This document shows, in pieces, positions 51,449 to 60,632 of a stretch of 64,000 nucleotides of DNA. The stretch's first letter is position 1, and each line of letters starts with the position of its first letter. The position numbers and the translations under genes were made by a program. The DNA is taken from the NCBI GenBank assembly GCA_963825525.1, contig CAWGTN010000003.1, forward strand, positions 144,297 to 208,296. The letters are read 5' to 3'. The notes under the pieces were generated by a model, which made no database searches, had not been told where the DNA came from, and saw only the letters and a program-made list of their open reading frames with translations. The stretch is from an uncultured Chloroflexia bacterium (GTDB lineage Bacteria; Chloroflexota; Limnocylindria; QHBO01).

Positions 51449-52495
51449 TCAGCGGATCGGTGTGGTAGCCCTCGCCGTTCGCTCACCGCCTGCTGTCGTT
51501 TCCTCGGCGGTGGCCACGTCCGGCGCGAGCGCTGCGAGCCGCGCACGCAGCCACAGCAGCGCCACGTCCTTCGCCTTCGCCTCCAGCATCACGTCGAGCG
51601 GCCCTCGGGCCGACCGGATCAGCTGGAGGAAGTCCCACGGCGAGACGAGATCGGCATGAGGACCGAGCGCCGGCGGGACGACCACGTCCCGGCGGCGGCG
51701 AGTGCCGGCGATCGGGCGCTTGACCACGTCCACTGAGACACGCGGGCTCGACAGGTGGACCTTTGGTCGCACCCCCTCCGGCCAGGTCGCCATGGCCGCG
51801 GCCAGCGCATCGGCATCGGCGAGGCCCGGCGCCGGGAGAATCCGCGCATGATGCCAGTCGTACACGACCCGGACTCCGGTGCGCCGATGGAGCTCCAGCA
51901 CGTCACCGGCATGGAACAGGCGCTCGTCGTTCTCGAGGCCGAGCCGACCGCGGGCCGAATCGGAGAGGCGCTCCCATGCCGCCGCCCAGCGGTCCAGGGC
52001 AGAGGCGCGGTCGCCGTATAGCCCGCCGACATGCACCACGACCGTCGACTCAGGGCCCATGCCCATGGCATCGAACAGCGCGCTATGCGACTCGATCTCT
52101 GCCAGGGAGCGGTCGCGGAGTCCCGGTTCGTCGCCGTTGATGACCGTGTACTGGCCGGGATGCGTCGAGAGCCGCAGGCCCTGCGCGCGCGCTCGTGCAC
52201 CAAGCCCGGCCAGCTCATCGGCGCAGTCCTCGATCTGCCCTCGGTAGTCGAACTGGACCAGATCTGGGTGGGTGCCGTACGGGATGACATTGCTGGACAT
52301 CCGGTACATCCGAACGCCGATCCACTCGAGGTGATCCCACACGCCGTGGAGCACCTCGATCGAGTGCCGAAGATGCGGTCCGCTCTGCCAGCGCCGCAAG
52401 TCGGCCTCCTTGATCGGCTCGAACCCGCCGAGCACCTTGACGGCAAATCCAAGCCGATACGGGACAGCCGGTGGAGGTTCGGGCAGGAGAGGCAT
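51449..52495 (-). CDS. uvsE: UV DNA damage repair endonuclease
   Basis: YRMSS, RLSTHPGQY, VVHVGGLYG, LENDE, YDWHH, KVHLSS, HAD, MLEAKAKD. Confidence 0.92.
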   Translation of the reverse strand: MPLLPEPPPAVPYRLGFAVKVLGGFEPIKEADLRRWQSGPHLRHSIEVLHGVWDHLEWIGVRMYRMSSNVIPYGTHPDLVQFDYRGQIEDCADELAGLGARARAQGLRLSTHPGQYTVINGDEPGLRDRSLAEIESHSALFDAMGMGPESTVVVHVGGLYGDRASALDRWAAAWERLSDSARGRLGLENDERLFHAGDVLELHRRTGVRVVYDWHHARILPAPGLADADALAAAMATWPEGVRPKVHLSSPRVSVDVVKRPIAGTRRRRDVVVPPALGPHADLVSPWDFLQLIRSARGPLDVMLEAKAKDVALLWLRARLAALAPDVATAEETTAGGERTARATTPIR

Positions 52496-52600
52496 TGGCT
52501 CCTTCTCTGCAGGCTGCGTTCCTGACCAGTCAGGGTCCTCGAGCGCCGGAACGTCCGAGGCCGCGAAGCATCACGCACTGACCTCGCCGATACTTCGCCG

Positions 52601-52972
52601 ATGCGCCGCAACGCCAAGCTCCAGGTCAAGCTCACCACCACCGGTGCCCGCAGCGGGGAGCCGCGCCTGGTGACGCTCTATGCATGGACGGATCACGAGC
52701 GACCGCACGAGGACGACGGCAGCCTCATCCTCGTCGGTTCGAGCAGCGGCGCGCCAAAGCATCCGGCGTGGGTGCACAACCTCCGCGCGCATCCCGTCGT
52801 CAGCGTGAAGCGCGGCGTGGAAACCCGGGAGATGGAGGCCCGCGAGGTCCTTGAACCCGGGGAGTACGCGGAGCTGTGGGCGTTCTGCGCGGATCGCTTC
52901 CCGCAGTACGAGACCTACCGTCGCCGCACGAGCCGGCGCATCCCGATCTTCGTCCTCACGCTCCGCCCGTGA
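52601..52972 (+). CDS. Deazaflavin (F420)-dependent nitroreductase, Ddn family
   Basis: LTTTGARSGEPR, HPAWVHNLRAHP, Y..Y...T.R.IPIFVL. Confidence 0.88.
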   Translation: MRRNAKLQVKLTTTGARSGEPRLVTLYAWTDHERPHEDDGSLILVGSSSGAPKHPAWVHNLRAHPVVSVKRGVETREMEAREVLEPGEYAELWAFCADRFPQYETYRRRTSRRIPIFVLTLRP

Positions 52973-53475
52973 CGACACGCCTCGTGCTCATCGGCGACAC
53001 GCATCTCCCCAGATTTGGCCGCACGCTGCCACCCCGCCTGGTCGACGAGCTCCGCGGCGCCGATCGGATTCTCCACGTGGGCGATATCGCCGACGCGTTC
53101 GTGCTCGACCTGCTTGACGAGCTCGCCCCCACGACCGCCGTTGCCGGCAACAACGACCCGCCCGAGCTGCATGGGCGGCTCGGCCTGCGGCGGATCGTCG
53201 AGGTGGGGGAGGTCCGCATCGGCATGACGCATGGTCATGACGGACCCGGCCGGACGACACCGGACCGGGCGTACGGCGCATTCGCCGATGCTGACCCGCC
53301 AGTCCACGCCATCGCGTTCGGCCACTCCCACCAGCCGATGGTCGAGCGTCGCGACGGCACCTGGATGCTCAACCCCGGCTCGCCAACGGACAGGCGCCGC
53401 CAGCCGACCTTCAGCTGCCTGCGCATCGAGCTCGACGGGCCGGAGCTGCGTCCCGAGCTCATCACGTGGCGTTGA
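52969..53475 (+). CDS. YfcE-like metallophosphoesterase
   Basis: GDTH, HVGD, AGNND, THGH, FGHSH, NPGS. Confidence 0.92.
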   Translation: MTTRLVLIGDTHLPRFGRTLPPRLVDELRGADRILHVGDIADAFVLDLLDELAPTTAVAGNNDPPELHGRLGLRRIVEVGEVRIGMTHGHDGPGRTTPDRAYGAFADADPPVHAIAFGHSHQPMVERRDGTWMLNPGSPTDRRRQPTFSCLRIELDGPELRPELITWR

Positions 53476-53568
53476 CGACTACGTCAAACGTCGCGTAGCC
53501 GCCGTCTTGGGCCGGGTCCTACGATCCGCGGCGAGCGTCCGCTCAACCAGCGAGGCGATCGGAGAACC

Positions 53569-55134
53569 ATGACGAGCCGCGTCTCCACCAGCGCCGCCGC
53601 CCTGCCCGCCAAGCGGGACAGCGCCGTTGCCTCGGCCGCCATCCGCGCCACCCTGCCGTTGGTCGGTGCCGGGCTCCGCATTGCGAGCCTCAACTACGGC
53701 GCAATGCGATGGACGCTCGAGACCGTACCGCCGGCTGTGACCGACCGGCTCTCGCGCGAGCGAGCGATCGTGACCGCCCGCCATGCCGCGGCGCATGTCC
53801 CTGCCTATCGGGCGCACCTGCTCGAACACGAGGCAGATCCGGATCGGCTCGCGCTGACGGATCTCCCCGAGACCGACAAGGCGAGCTATGTCGACCGCTG
53901 GTCGCTCGCCGAGCGCTGCCTGGACGGCCGCATTCCCCTGCTCGGCACGACCATCGACGAGTCATCGGGCAGCACCGGGACGCCATACAACTGGGTCCGG
54001 TCCGCCGAGGAGCGGCGGCACGTGCGCCGCATGATCGGCTTTTTCGCGCGCTACACGTTCGGCAGCGCGCCGCTCGTGATCCTCAACGCGTTCTCGATGG
54101 GTGCCTGGGCCACCGGCATGACCACCGCCATCGCGCTGGAGGCCAACGGCCTGGTGAAGGCGACCGGTCCTCACGTGGACAAGATCCTGGGCACCATGCG
54201 CGAGCTCGGCACCGGATATCGCTATCTCATCGTGGGCTATCCGCCGTTCGTGAAGCTCCTCCTCGACGAGGCAGAGGCCGCCGGCTTCCCGTGGCACGAG
54301 TACGAAATGCACGCGTTGCTGGGTGGCGAGGGCAACTCGGAGGCGCTGCGCGACTACCTGCTCCGTCGCTTCCGTTCGGTCTTCTCCGGCTACGGCGCAA
54401 CCGATATCGAGATTGGGCTGGCGGCAGAGACGCCGGCGTCCATTGCCATCCGACGGTTGGCGGCAGCTCGTCCGGAGATTGCGCAGGAGCTCTTCGGCGA
54501 GACCGGACGCAGCCCGATGGTCTTCCAGTACAACCCACTCCTCCACCACGTCGAAACAAACGACGATGGTGAGCTGTTGTTCACCGTGACCCGCCACGCG
54601 ACCCTCTCCCCCAAGGTCCGCTACAACGTGCATGACGAGGGCGGGATCATCCGCGACGACCATCTGCGCGAGCGGCTCGGCGGCTTCGGCGTCACGCTCG
54701 AGTCGCTCGTCCCCGGCGTCCGGCGCCTGGTCCGCATGCCGTACCTCTACGTCTTCGGGCGCAAGGACTCGACCGTCTCGGTCATGGGCGCCAACATCTA
54801 TCCCGCCGATGTCGAGGCCGGCATCTACGCCGATCCCGCGCTGGCCGAACAGGTCCTCTCCTACCGACTTGCGGTCCGGGAGGCGCGGCCCGGTGAGACT
54901 CGACCACTGATCTCGATCCAGCTGGCCCGCGGCGAGCCGTCGACCGCCCTCGCCGATGCGCTGGCCTCCGCCATCGAGGGCCAGCTGGCTGCCCAGAATG
55001 CCGATTACCAGGAGGCGATGCGCGAGTACCCCGACCTCCTGGTGCCAATCGTCGAGCTCCACGCGCTCGGGACCGGCCCCTTTGCGGGCGACGGGGACCG
55101 CATCAAGCATCGCTACATCGGCGAATCGAGTTAA
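53569..55134 (+). CDS. Phenylacetate-CoA ligase-like (PaaK/CapK-type) adenylate-forming protein
   Basis: ESSGSTGTP, GYPPF, GGEG, YGATD, RYNVHDEG, GRKD..GANIYP. Confidence 0.85.
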   Translation: MTSRVSTSAAALPAKRDSAVASAAIRATLPLVGAGLRIASLNYGAMRWTLETVPPAVTDRLSRERAIVTARHAAAHVPAYRAHLLEHEADPDRLALTDLPETDKASYVDRWSLAERCLDGRIPLLGTTIDESSGSTGTPYNWVRSAEERRHVRRMIGFFARYTFGSAPLVILNAFSMGAWATGMTTAIALEANGLVKATGPHVDKILGTMRELGTGYRYLIVGYPPFVKLLLDEAEAAGFPWHEYEMHALLGGEGNSEALRDYLLRRFRSVFSGYGATDIEIGLAAETPASIAIRRLAAARPEIAQELFGETGRSPMVFQYNPLLHHVETNDDGELLFTVTRHATLSPKVRYNVHDEGGIIRDDHLRERLGGFGVTLESLVPGVRRLVRMPYLYVFGRKDSTVSVMGANIYPADVEAGIYADPALAEQVLSYRLAVREARPGETRPLISIQLARGEPSTALADALASAIEGQLAAQNADYQEAMREYPDLLVPIVELHALGTGPFAGDGDRIKHRYIGESS

Positions 55135-55145
55135 ACGGCCGCCGC

Positions 55146-55278
55146 GCGCCGATATATCGGTCAAACCTGCGCCCGACGCCCATCCTGGCCACGGCTCACC
55201 GATATATCGGCACCCTCGGAGCGTGAGGGGCGCCCAGCCCCGCGTGCCAGGACACCCCCTGACCGATATTTCGGCCGG
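55146..55278. repeat. Palindromic-box repeat element, copy 3 (CCGATATWTCGG x3)
   Basis: Palindromes at 55149, 55199 and 55263 (spacing 50/64). Confidence 0.7.
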
Positions 55279-55348
55279 AGCATGCACGCGCGCCGGCACG
55301 CCCGCCGGCACCCAACCGGCCGACCGCTTGGTCCTCACCCCATAATCA

Positions 55349-56155
55349 ATGAGGATGAGCGCGAACTTCCCGACCCCCGCCAGCTCCGACGCAGAGCGCG
55401 AGGCGTTCTGGCGCGACTACCTGACGCATCCGGACACGATGCAACGCGTCGGGCGCCGACTCTTCAGCCGCATTCCGACCAACCCCCGCTGCCAGATGTG
55501 CGCCGCCCCGTTCGCGGGCACCGGCGGGCAGCTCATGAAGCTCATCGGCAAGGCGCCCTCCAGGGTAAACCCGACCATGTGCAACACCTGCGAGCGCGTG
55601 TTGCTCAAGCATCGGGGTGGGGCGGAGATCGAATGCTCGGTCCTGTTCGCCGATATCCGCGGGTCCACCGCCCTGGGTGAGCGGATGACGCCCGGGGAAT
55701 TCCACGCCACCCTGACGCGCTTCTACACGGCAGCATCGGACGCGGTGTACGCGCACAGCGGCATCATCGACAAGTTCGTGGGCGATGAGGTGGTCGCCAC
55801 GTTCCCGCCGTTCCTCGGGGAGGATCACGCCGCTCGCGCAGTCGAGACGGCCCGGCACCTCCTTCGTGCGACCGGCCACGCCGATCCGGGCGGTCCGTGG
55901 GCGCCGGTCGGCGTAGGCGTCCATACCGGACGGATGTGGTTCGGCGCCATCGGCGAGGGGAGCCACGTCGAGATCACGGTGGTCGGCGATGTCGTCAACA
56001 CCACCGCGCGCCTGGCCGGGGCGGCAGAAGCAGGCGAGATCCTGGTCGCGGTGGATGCCGCCGCGGCCGCCGGCCTTGAGCCGGGACTCGAGCGACGCAG
56101 CCTGGCCCTGAAGGGCAAGGATCTGATGACCGAGGTGGTCAGCCTCCGCCTCTGA
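55349..56155 (+). CDS. Class III adenylate cyclase with N-terminal CxxC...CxxC domain
   Basis: CQMC and CNTC; VLFADIRGST, DKFVGDEV, TVVGDVVNTTARL. Confidence 0.88.
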   Translation: MRMSANFPTPASSDAEREAFWRDYLTHPDTMQRVGRRLFSRIPTNPRCQMCAAPFAGTGGQLMKLIGKAPSRVNPTMCNTCERVLLKHRGGAEIECSVLFADIRGSTALGERMTPGEFHATLTRFYTAASDAVYAHSGIIDKFVGDEVVATFPPFLGEDHAARAVETARHLLRATGHADPGGPWAPVGVGVHTGRMWFGAIGEGSHVEITVVGDVVNTTARLAGAAEAGEILVAVDAAAAAGLEPGLERRSLALKGKDLMTEVVSLRL

Positions 56156-56171
56156 CCCGTCCGCCGGTGAG

Positions 56172-56400
56172 CTACATCCCGCCGAAGAACTTGTTGATAC
56201 GGTCCGTGTCGTCCGAGAAGGCCCAGCGCTCGGTGACCTTGCCGTCCCACGTGGTAGATCTGGCGGTCCGGTAGACAAGGACTGGTCGCCGCTCCCGTGG
56301 CGGTGGCCGTGACGAGCTGGATGACGTGGTCGCTCGCCGCCGTTGCGCTGGCGTATCGGCGCTGATCGCTGGCACCAGCGGGCATGCCGTCCGCCGAGGT
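56172..56400 (-). pseudogene. Degraded SnoaL/NTF2-like gene (multiple frameshifts; 5' boundary unclear)
   Basis: Fragments in different frames: SDHVIQLVTATAT / LVYRT / IYHV / DGKVTERWAFSDDTDRINKFF. Confidence 0.55.
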
Positions 56401-56620
56401 CCGCGTTGCCCGATGGGCTCTCGGCACCGATTTGTGCCCGATCATCGGCGAGCGGGACAGCATCCGTCTTCTTCGCTCCTCGGCCTGCTTCTCAGGTGGT
56501 CGCACCATCCGCAGCCGGCCGGGTGGTTACGCCAGCGTACTCCCGGGCACCAAAGGTCGCGACCTTCCAACTCATGCACGGAATGCGCGGCTCGGTCCGT
56601 CTCGACGGATACTTACGCCG

Positions 56621-56724
56621 ATGCCGGGCTACCCCAAGCTCCAGATCAAGCTCACCACCGTCGGCGCCCGGAGCGGCAGCCGGCGCACGGTGACCCTCTA
56701 CGCGTGTGCCGATGGCCCCGGCCC
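56621..56724 (+). pseudogene. Truncated 5' fragment of a Ddn-family gene
   Basis: MPGYPKLQIKLTTVGARSGSRRTVTLYA resembles the N-terminus of 52601 and has the same GATACT upstream element; similarity ends at the FG-GAP gene stop. Confidence 0.65.
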
Positions 56725-58320
56725 TCACCCGGGGAGGCAGGTCTCGTTGCCGGCCGCGTCCACGGCGCAGATCTCCAGGAATGATGCGCCGTCCGGCAGC
56801 GTTGCTCGGAACAGGTTCTCGCCATACCAGGCCAGCGGCGTCTCCCCGCCGTCCCACTTCGCGGTGATCGACTGCCAGCGCTGCGGCATGTTCGGGGTTC
56901 GGTTGTCATGGACGCGAGCCAGAACGGTCCGATCGGGCCGCACGTCCGCGCGGATGATCGGCGGCGCCGTATCGGGCTCGAGGACATCCGTGGCCAGGTA
57001 GACCCGATCGTCCTCCGCCACCTCGCCCTGCGCCTCGACCACGTCCGGCCGGCCGTCGCCGTTGAGATCGGCGATCGCCATGCCGAGCGTCCCTGAACTC
57101 GGCGCACCGCTGAACGCGTCCAGCACCACGGAGAGCCGGCCGGTACCGTCGTTGATGAGCAGCCGATCCGGACCGTCGAGCGAGCCGATGATGAAATCCG
57201 CGTCCCCGTCCGACTCGATATCGAGCGCCACGACGACGTTGTCGTCCCAGCCGATGTTCGCCTCCGCTGGCCACCACTCCGCGGTGGCATCCACGAAACC
57301 GCCCTCCCCGTCATTGCGCAGGACATGCTCGGTGAGGCCGCTCCCGGTGTCCGGGCCGTCGTTGATCGTCACGAGGTCCAGGAAGCCGTCGCCATCGAGG
57401 TCGATCGGCGCGAACTCGTAGTTGTTCGTGAAGGCCGGCATGCGGCCGTCGGTGACATCGGCGAACGTGCCGGAGCCGTCGTTCTCGAAAAGCAGGGAGG
57501 TTGGGCAAATCTTGCAGGACAGGGCGAGGTCCAGGTCCCAGTCGTTGTCGATGTCCAGCAGCTCGATGTCCCAGCTGAAGCGGAGCAGCGTCTCAGGCAT
57601 CTGGATGGCGGTCGCATCGCTGAAGACGCCGGACCCATCGTTGAGCCACAGCGCCGCTCGCCCCCCGGAGCCCAGGGGCGAGTTGTCGCCCCAGTCGGCA
57701 AGGACGACATCCAGGTCGCCATCGGCATCCACGTCGCCGATCTCGAGGTCACCCACGCTCAGCTCGGCCGCGGGAAGGTTGGTGGCGGTGGCATCGGTCC
57801 AGGCGCCGGCCGCCGTGCTGAGCAGCAGGCGGCTCTGAGTGTCGTAGGTCGTGCCCATCAGGATGTCGGGGAACGTGTCGCCGTTGAGGTCGCCGGTCTT
57901 GATGACGCGGGTGAGGAGGGCGTGGTCGCCGAGGACCTCGGCCGTGGCGTCCACGAACGTGCCGTCGCCGTTGTTCAGCCAGGCGCGGCTGGCGACCGGC
58001 TCACCCGGCGTGTCGTAGTCGCCGCCATTCGCGAACAGGATGTCGACGTCGCCATCGAGGTCCAGGTCCGCCAGCTCCACCTTGTTCGTCCAGCCGCCCG
58101 CGGCCGACATCTCGGGTGCGGTGGCGTTCTGCCAGGCACCCGCGAACGCCGACGGAGCTTCCTCTTCGTGAGTGGGGCTCGGCGCCGGTCCCGTCGAGGT
58201 GGCAGCCGGTGAGGTGGGCGCGGGGGAATCGACGGTGGCCGATGGTGTGGGATCCACACCGCCGCAACCGCTCAGCACCAACGCGACGACGACGATCGTC
58301 ACCCGGCCCGCTCGAGCCAT
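56725..58320 (-). CDS. FG-GAP/VCBS repeat lipoprotein
   Basis: Lipobox LSGC; about 7 repeats of DxDxDGDxD..L.NDG.G.F.D.T. Confidence 0.88.
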   Translation of the reverse strand: MARAGRVTIVVVALVLSGCGGVDPTPSATVDSPAPTSPAATSTGPAPSPTHEEEAPSAFAGAWQNATAPEMSAAGGWTNKVELADLDLDGDVDILFANGGDYDTPGEPVASRAWLNNGDGTFVDATAEVLGDHALLTRVIKTGDLNGDTFPDILMGTTYDTQSRLLLSTAAGAWTDATATNLPAAELSVGDLEIGDVDADGDLDVVLADWGDNSPLGSGGRAALWLNDGSGVFSDATAIQMPETLLRFSWDIELLDIDNDWDLDLALSCKICPTSLLFENDGSGTFADVTDGRMPAFTNNYEFAPIDLDGDGFLDLVTINDGPDTGSGLTEHVLRNDGEGGFVDATAEWWPAEANIGWDDNVVVALDIESDGDADFIIGSLDGPDRLLINDGTGRLSVVLDAFSGAPSSGTLGMAIADLNGDGRPDVVEAQGEVAEDDRVYLATDVLEPDTAPPIIRADVRPDRTVLARVHDNRTPNMPQRWQSITAKWDGGETPLAWYGENLFRATLPDGASFLEICAVDAAGNETCLPG

Positions 58321-58551
58321 CAACCTGCCCCTCCGTGCCCTTGTGGCCGCCACGACCTGCGCAATTATGGGTGTGGCGTCAATGAGGGGCGGTCAGCTGG
58401 CCACACCCTCTCGCCATCGCCGATGCATGGCGATACGATCCACGCGCTCGGGGGTGATGCTCGACCACGAACCTCGCCGCTACGTCGCCCCGCACTGGAT
58501 CACGGGGGAGTGAATCTTCCCGTCCCGCCCGGTGAACGGTCGAATCTCCCC

Positions 58552-59445
58552 TCACGGCGCCGAGCCGATGTCGAGCGTCGCGACCATGCGGTCGAGCACC
58601 TCGGCCCACTCCGTCGCCTCCGCTTCATCGGGTGACGAGGCGGACAGGACCAGGTACGGGCGGTCGTTGCCCTCGGCCGGCAGCGCCCCTGCGACCGCGA
58701 TCACCCAGGCGACGGTGTACTCCCGGATGAAGCCGCCATCTTCGGGGCTGATCTCGCGCCGGATGGCAGCCACGCCATCGACGGTGTACTCCTCGGTCGA
58801 GACGACGGTGCCACCGGCCCCGTAATCGCCGCCGGGCGGGAGGTTGGCCTCGATGGCCACCTGCTCGGGCACCATGCCGTCGTCCCGGAGCTCGAACGGC
58901 TGTGGCGCGAAGAGGGTGCAGGCCGAGCGGCTCGCGCCTTCCTCGTTCGTGTACCAGCCGGCCGGGTAGGCGATCGTGTAGCCGACCTCGGACGTTTCGC
59001 CGTTCGTCGTGATGACGCCAGCGACCTCGCAGGTCTGCGGGTCAGGGAAGGCCTCATCGGGTGCCATCGAGTGGATCGGCCCGAACTCGCCGTCCTGAAT
59101 GGTCGGCGCGGCGCTCGGGGACGACGACACCGGCGGCGAAGCCGATGCGGACGGTGACGCCGTCTCCGACCTGGATGGCGATGCGCTCGCCGATGCCGAT
59201 GGCGAAGGCCCCACGCCCACATCGGTCTTGCCGTCGAGAAGCCCCAGGCCGATGACGACCACGGCCGCGGCAGCGGCGACGGTGACGAGGCCGGTGGCGA
59301 TCGGCCATGCGAGGCCACGCCGGCGCTGCGGGCTGCGATGGATCTCAGTCATGACATTCCCCGTGAATTCCGGTGGTGCATCGGCTCCCATGCGGCCGCG
59401 CACGTGGTCGCGGATCTGCCGGTCGCGTGCGTCGTTCTGGTTCAT
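58552..59445 (-). CDS. Putative membrane anti-sigma factor
   Basis: 4-bp overlap with ECF sigma; short cytoplasmic N-terminus, one TM, Ser/Pro linker, extracellular domain. Confidence 0.7.
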   Translation of the reverse strand: MNQNDARDRQIRDHVRGRMGADAPPEFTGNVMTEIHRSPQRRRGLAWPIATGLVTVAAAAAVVVIGLGLLDGKTDVGVGPSPSASASASPSRSETASPSASASPPVSSSPSAAPTIQDGEFGPIHSMAPDEAFPDPQTCEVAGVITTNGETSEVGYTIAYPAGWYTNEEGASRSACTLFAPQPFELRDDGMVPEQVAIEANLPPGGDYGAGGTVVSTEEYTVDGVAAIRREISPEDGGFIREYTVAWVIAVAGALPAEGNDRPYLVLSASSPDEAEATEWAEVLDRMVATLDIGSAP

Positions 59446-59996
59446 CGGTCAGCCTCCAGGACCGCGCGCAGGCGGCCGAGTGCGGTGTGCAGGCGTGATT
59501 TCGCGGTCCCGACGGCCACGCCCATGGCCTCGGCGGTATCGCGGATCGAGAGGTCGATGCCGTAATGCAGGACGACCGCCGCGCGGTGATCCGCACTCAG
59601 CTGGTTGAAGGCGGCCTCCAGGGCGTCGCGCGCGTGGACCGCGTCGCGGAAGTCCGCGCGCGGAGTGGCGGGCTCGCGATCGGGCATGTTCTCCAGTGGC
59701 TCGGTGGGCCGGCGTCGCCTCGCGCGGAGGGCGTTGCGCGATCGGTTCACGACGATCTTCCGCAGCCAGGGCTCGAAGCGTTCGGGCTGTCTCAGCCTCG
59801 GGAGGTCGCGCCAGGCGGCAACGAATGCCTCCTGGGCGACGTCGGACGCATCATCCGGCCCGACGATCGCCCGAGCCAGGCGATACATGTCCGACCCGTA
59901 GCGGTGCACGAGCGCCTCGAACGCCTCAGCTCGGCCCTCGCTCGCTTCGCGGACCATCTCGTCCATCCCGGCTCCCCACGTTGCTGCAGCATCCAT
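59442..59996 (-). CDS. ECF sigma-70 factor
   Basis: AFEALV, DVAQEAF..AWRDL, WLRKIVVN, GTAKSRLH. Confidence 0.9.
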   Translation of the reverse strand: MDAAATWGAGMDEMVREASEGRAEAFEALVHRYGSDMYRLARAIVGPDDASDVAQEAFVAAWRDLPRLRQPERFEPWLRKIVVNRSRNALRARRRRPTEPLENMPDREPATPRADFRDAVHARDALEAAFNQLSADHRAAVVLHYGIDLSIRDTAEAMGVAVGTAKSRLHTALGRLRAVLEADR

Positions 59997-60002
59997 CGCC
60001 GA

Positions 60003-60032
60003 ATTGACACCGGCGCCCACGCGAAGTGTTCA
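60003..60032 (-). promoter_or_regulatory. Candidate autoregulated ECF promoter TGAAC-N17-GTGTCAAT
   Basis: TGAAC 60032-60028 and GTGTC 60010-60006, a few nt before ATG 59996. Confidence 0.5.
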
Positions 60033-60064
60033 TTTGGCGCTCGGGCCGCTGCATCGGGACGGCC

Positions 60065-60403
60065 CTAGCCCAGCGTGGCCATGATCTCGAGCCGGCGCAG
60101 GAGGAAGGCCCGCTCGTCCAGCCGATGCCGACGCATCCAGCGCGTGACCTCCTGGTTGCACTTGCTCGCGTTGCAGGATCGGCAGGCCGGCGCGACGTTG
60201 CCGATGGTGTAGCGGCCGCCGTTCGAGATCGGCAGCACGCAGTCACGCTGGAGTGGCACGTCGGTCGCTCCGCAGTAGGCGCATCCGCCCCATGCCTCCT
60301 TGAGCGCCAGCCACTGCTCGTCGCTCAGGTCGTGCGTCACCCGCAGCATCCGGCGCTTGCGCCGGCGTGCGTAGCGCGCCGTCCGGGTCCGACTCGTGAC
60401 CAT
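60065..60403 (-). CDS. Small HNH-family protein (CxxC...CxxC)
   Basis: CAYCG..QRDCVLPISNGG..GNVAPACRSCNASK. Confidence 0.82.
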   Translation of the reverse strand: MVTSRTRTARYARRRKRRMLRVTHDLSDEQWLALKEAWGGCAYCGATDVPLQRDCVLPISNGGRYTIGNVAPACRSCNASKCNQEVTRWMRRHRLDERAFLLRRLEIMATLG

Positions 60404-60470
60404 CGCGTGCATCCTAGCCCGCGACCTGCGTCAGTTGTCCTCCCGGATGCGCTATGCCGCCGGCGGGAGT

Positions 60471-60601
60471 ATCGGCCAGGAAGTGGCCGTTTTCCCCAGC
60501 GGAGAACCGCTATCGGCCAACATGCGCGCCTCCGCATGGCTGCTGGTCCCACCGGCGAGCCAAATCGGCAACTGGTTGGCCGCTAGTCCCAGCAGAGGAA
60601 C
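60471..60601. repeat. Degenerate 93-bp-period direct repeat with internal palindrome
   Basis: ATCGGCCAGGAAGTGGCCGTTTTCCCCAGCGGAG (60471) versus ATCGGCAACTGGTTGGCCGCTAGTCCCAGCAGAG (60564). Confidence 0.5.
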
Positions 60602-60632
60602 AACCGGCAGCCGAAGCACCGACCGATGCCGG

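Noticed and set aside
58426-58513. Short ORF ending MLDHEPRRYVAPHWITGE and a TCGCCAT/ATGGCGA inverted repeat
   Set aside because: No recognisable family or convincing initiation signal; cannot be supported.
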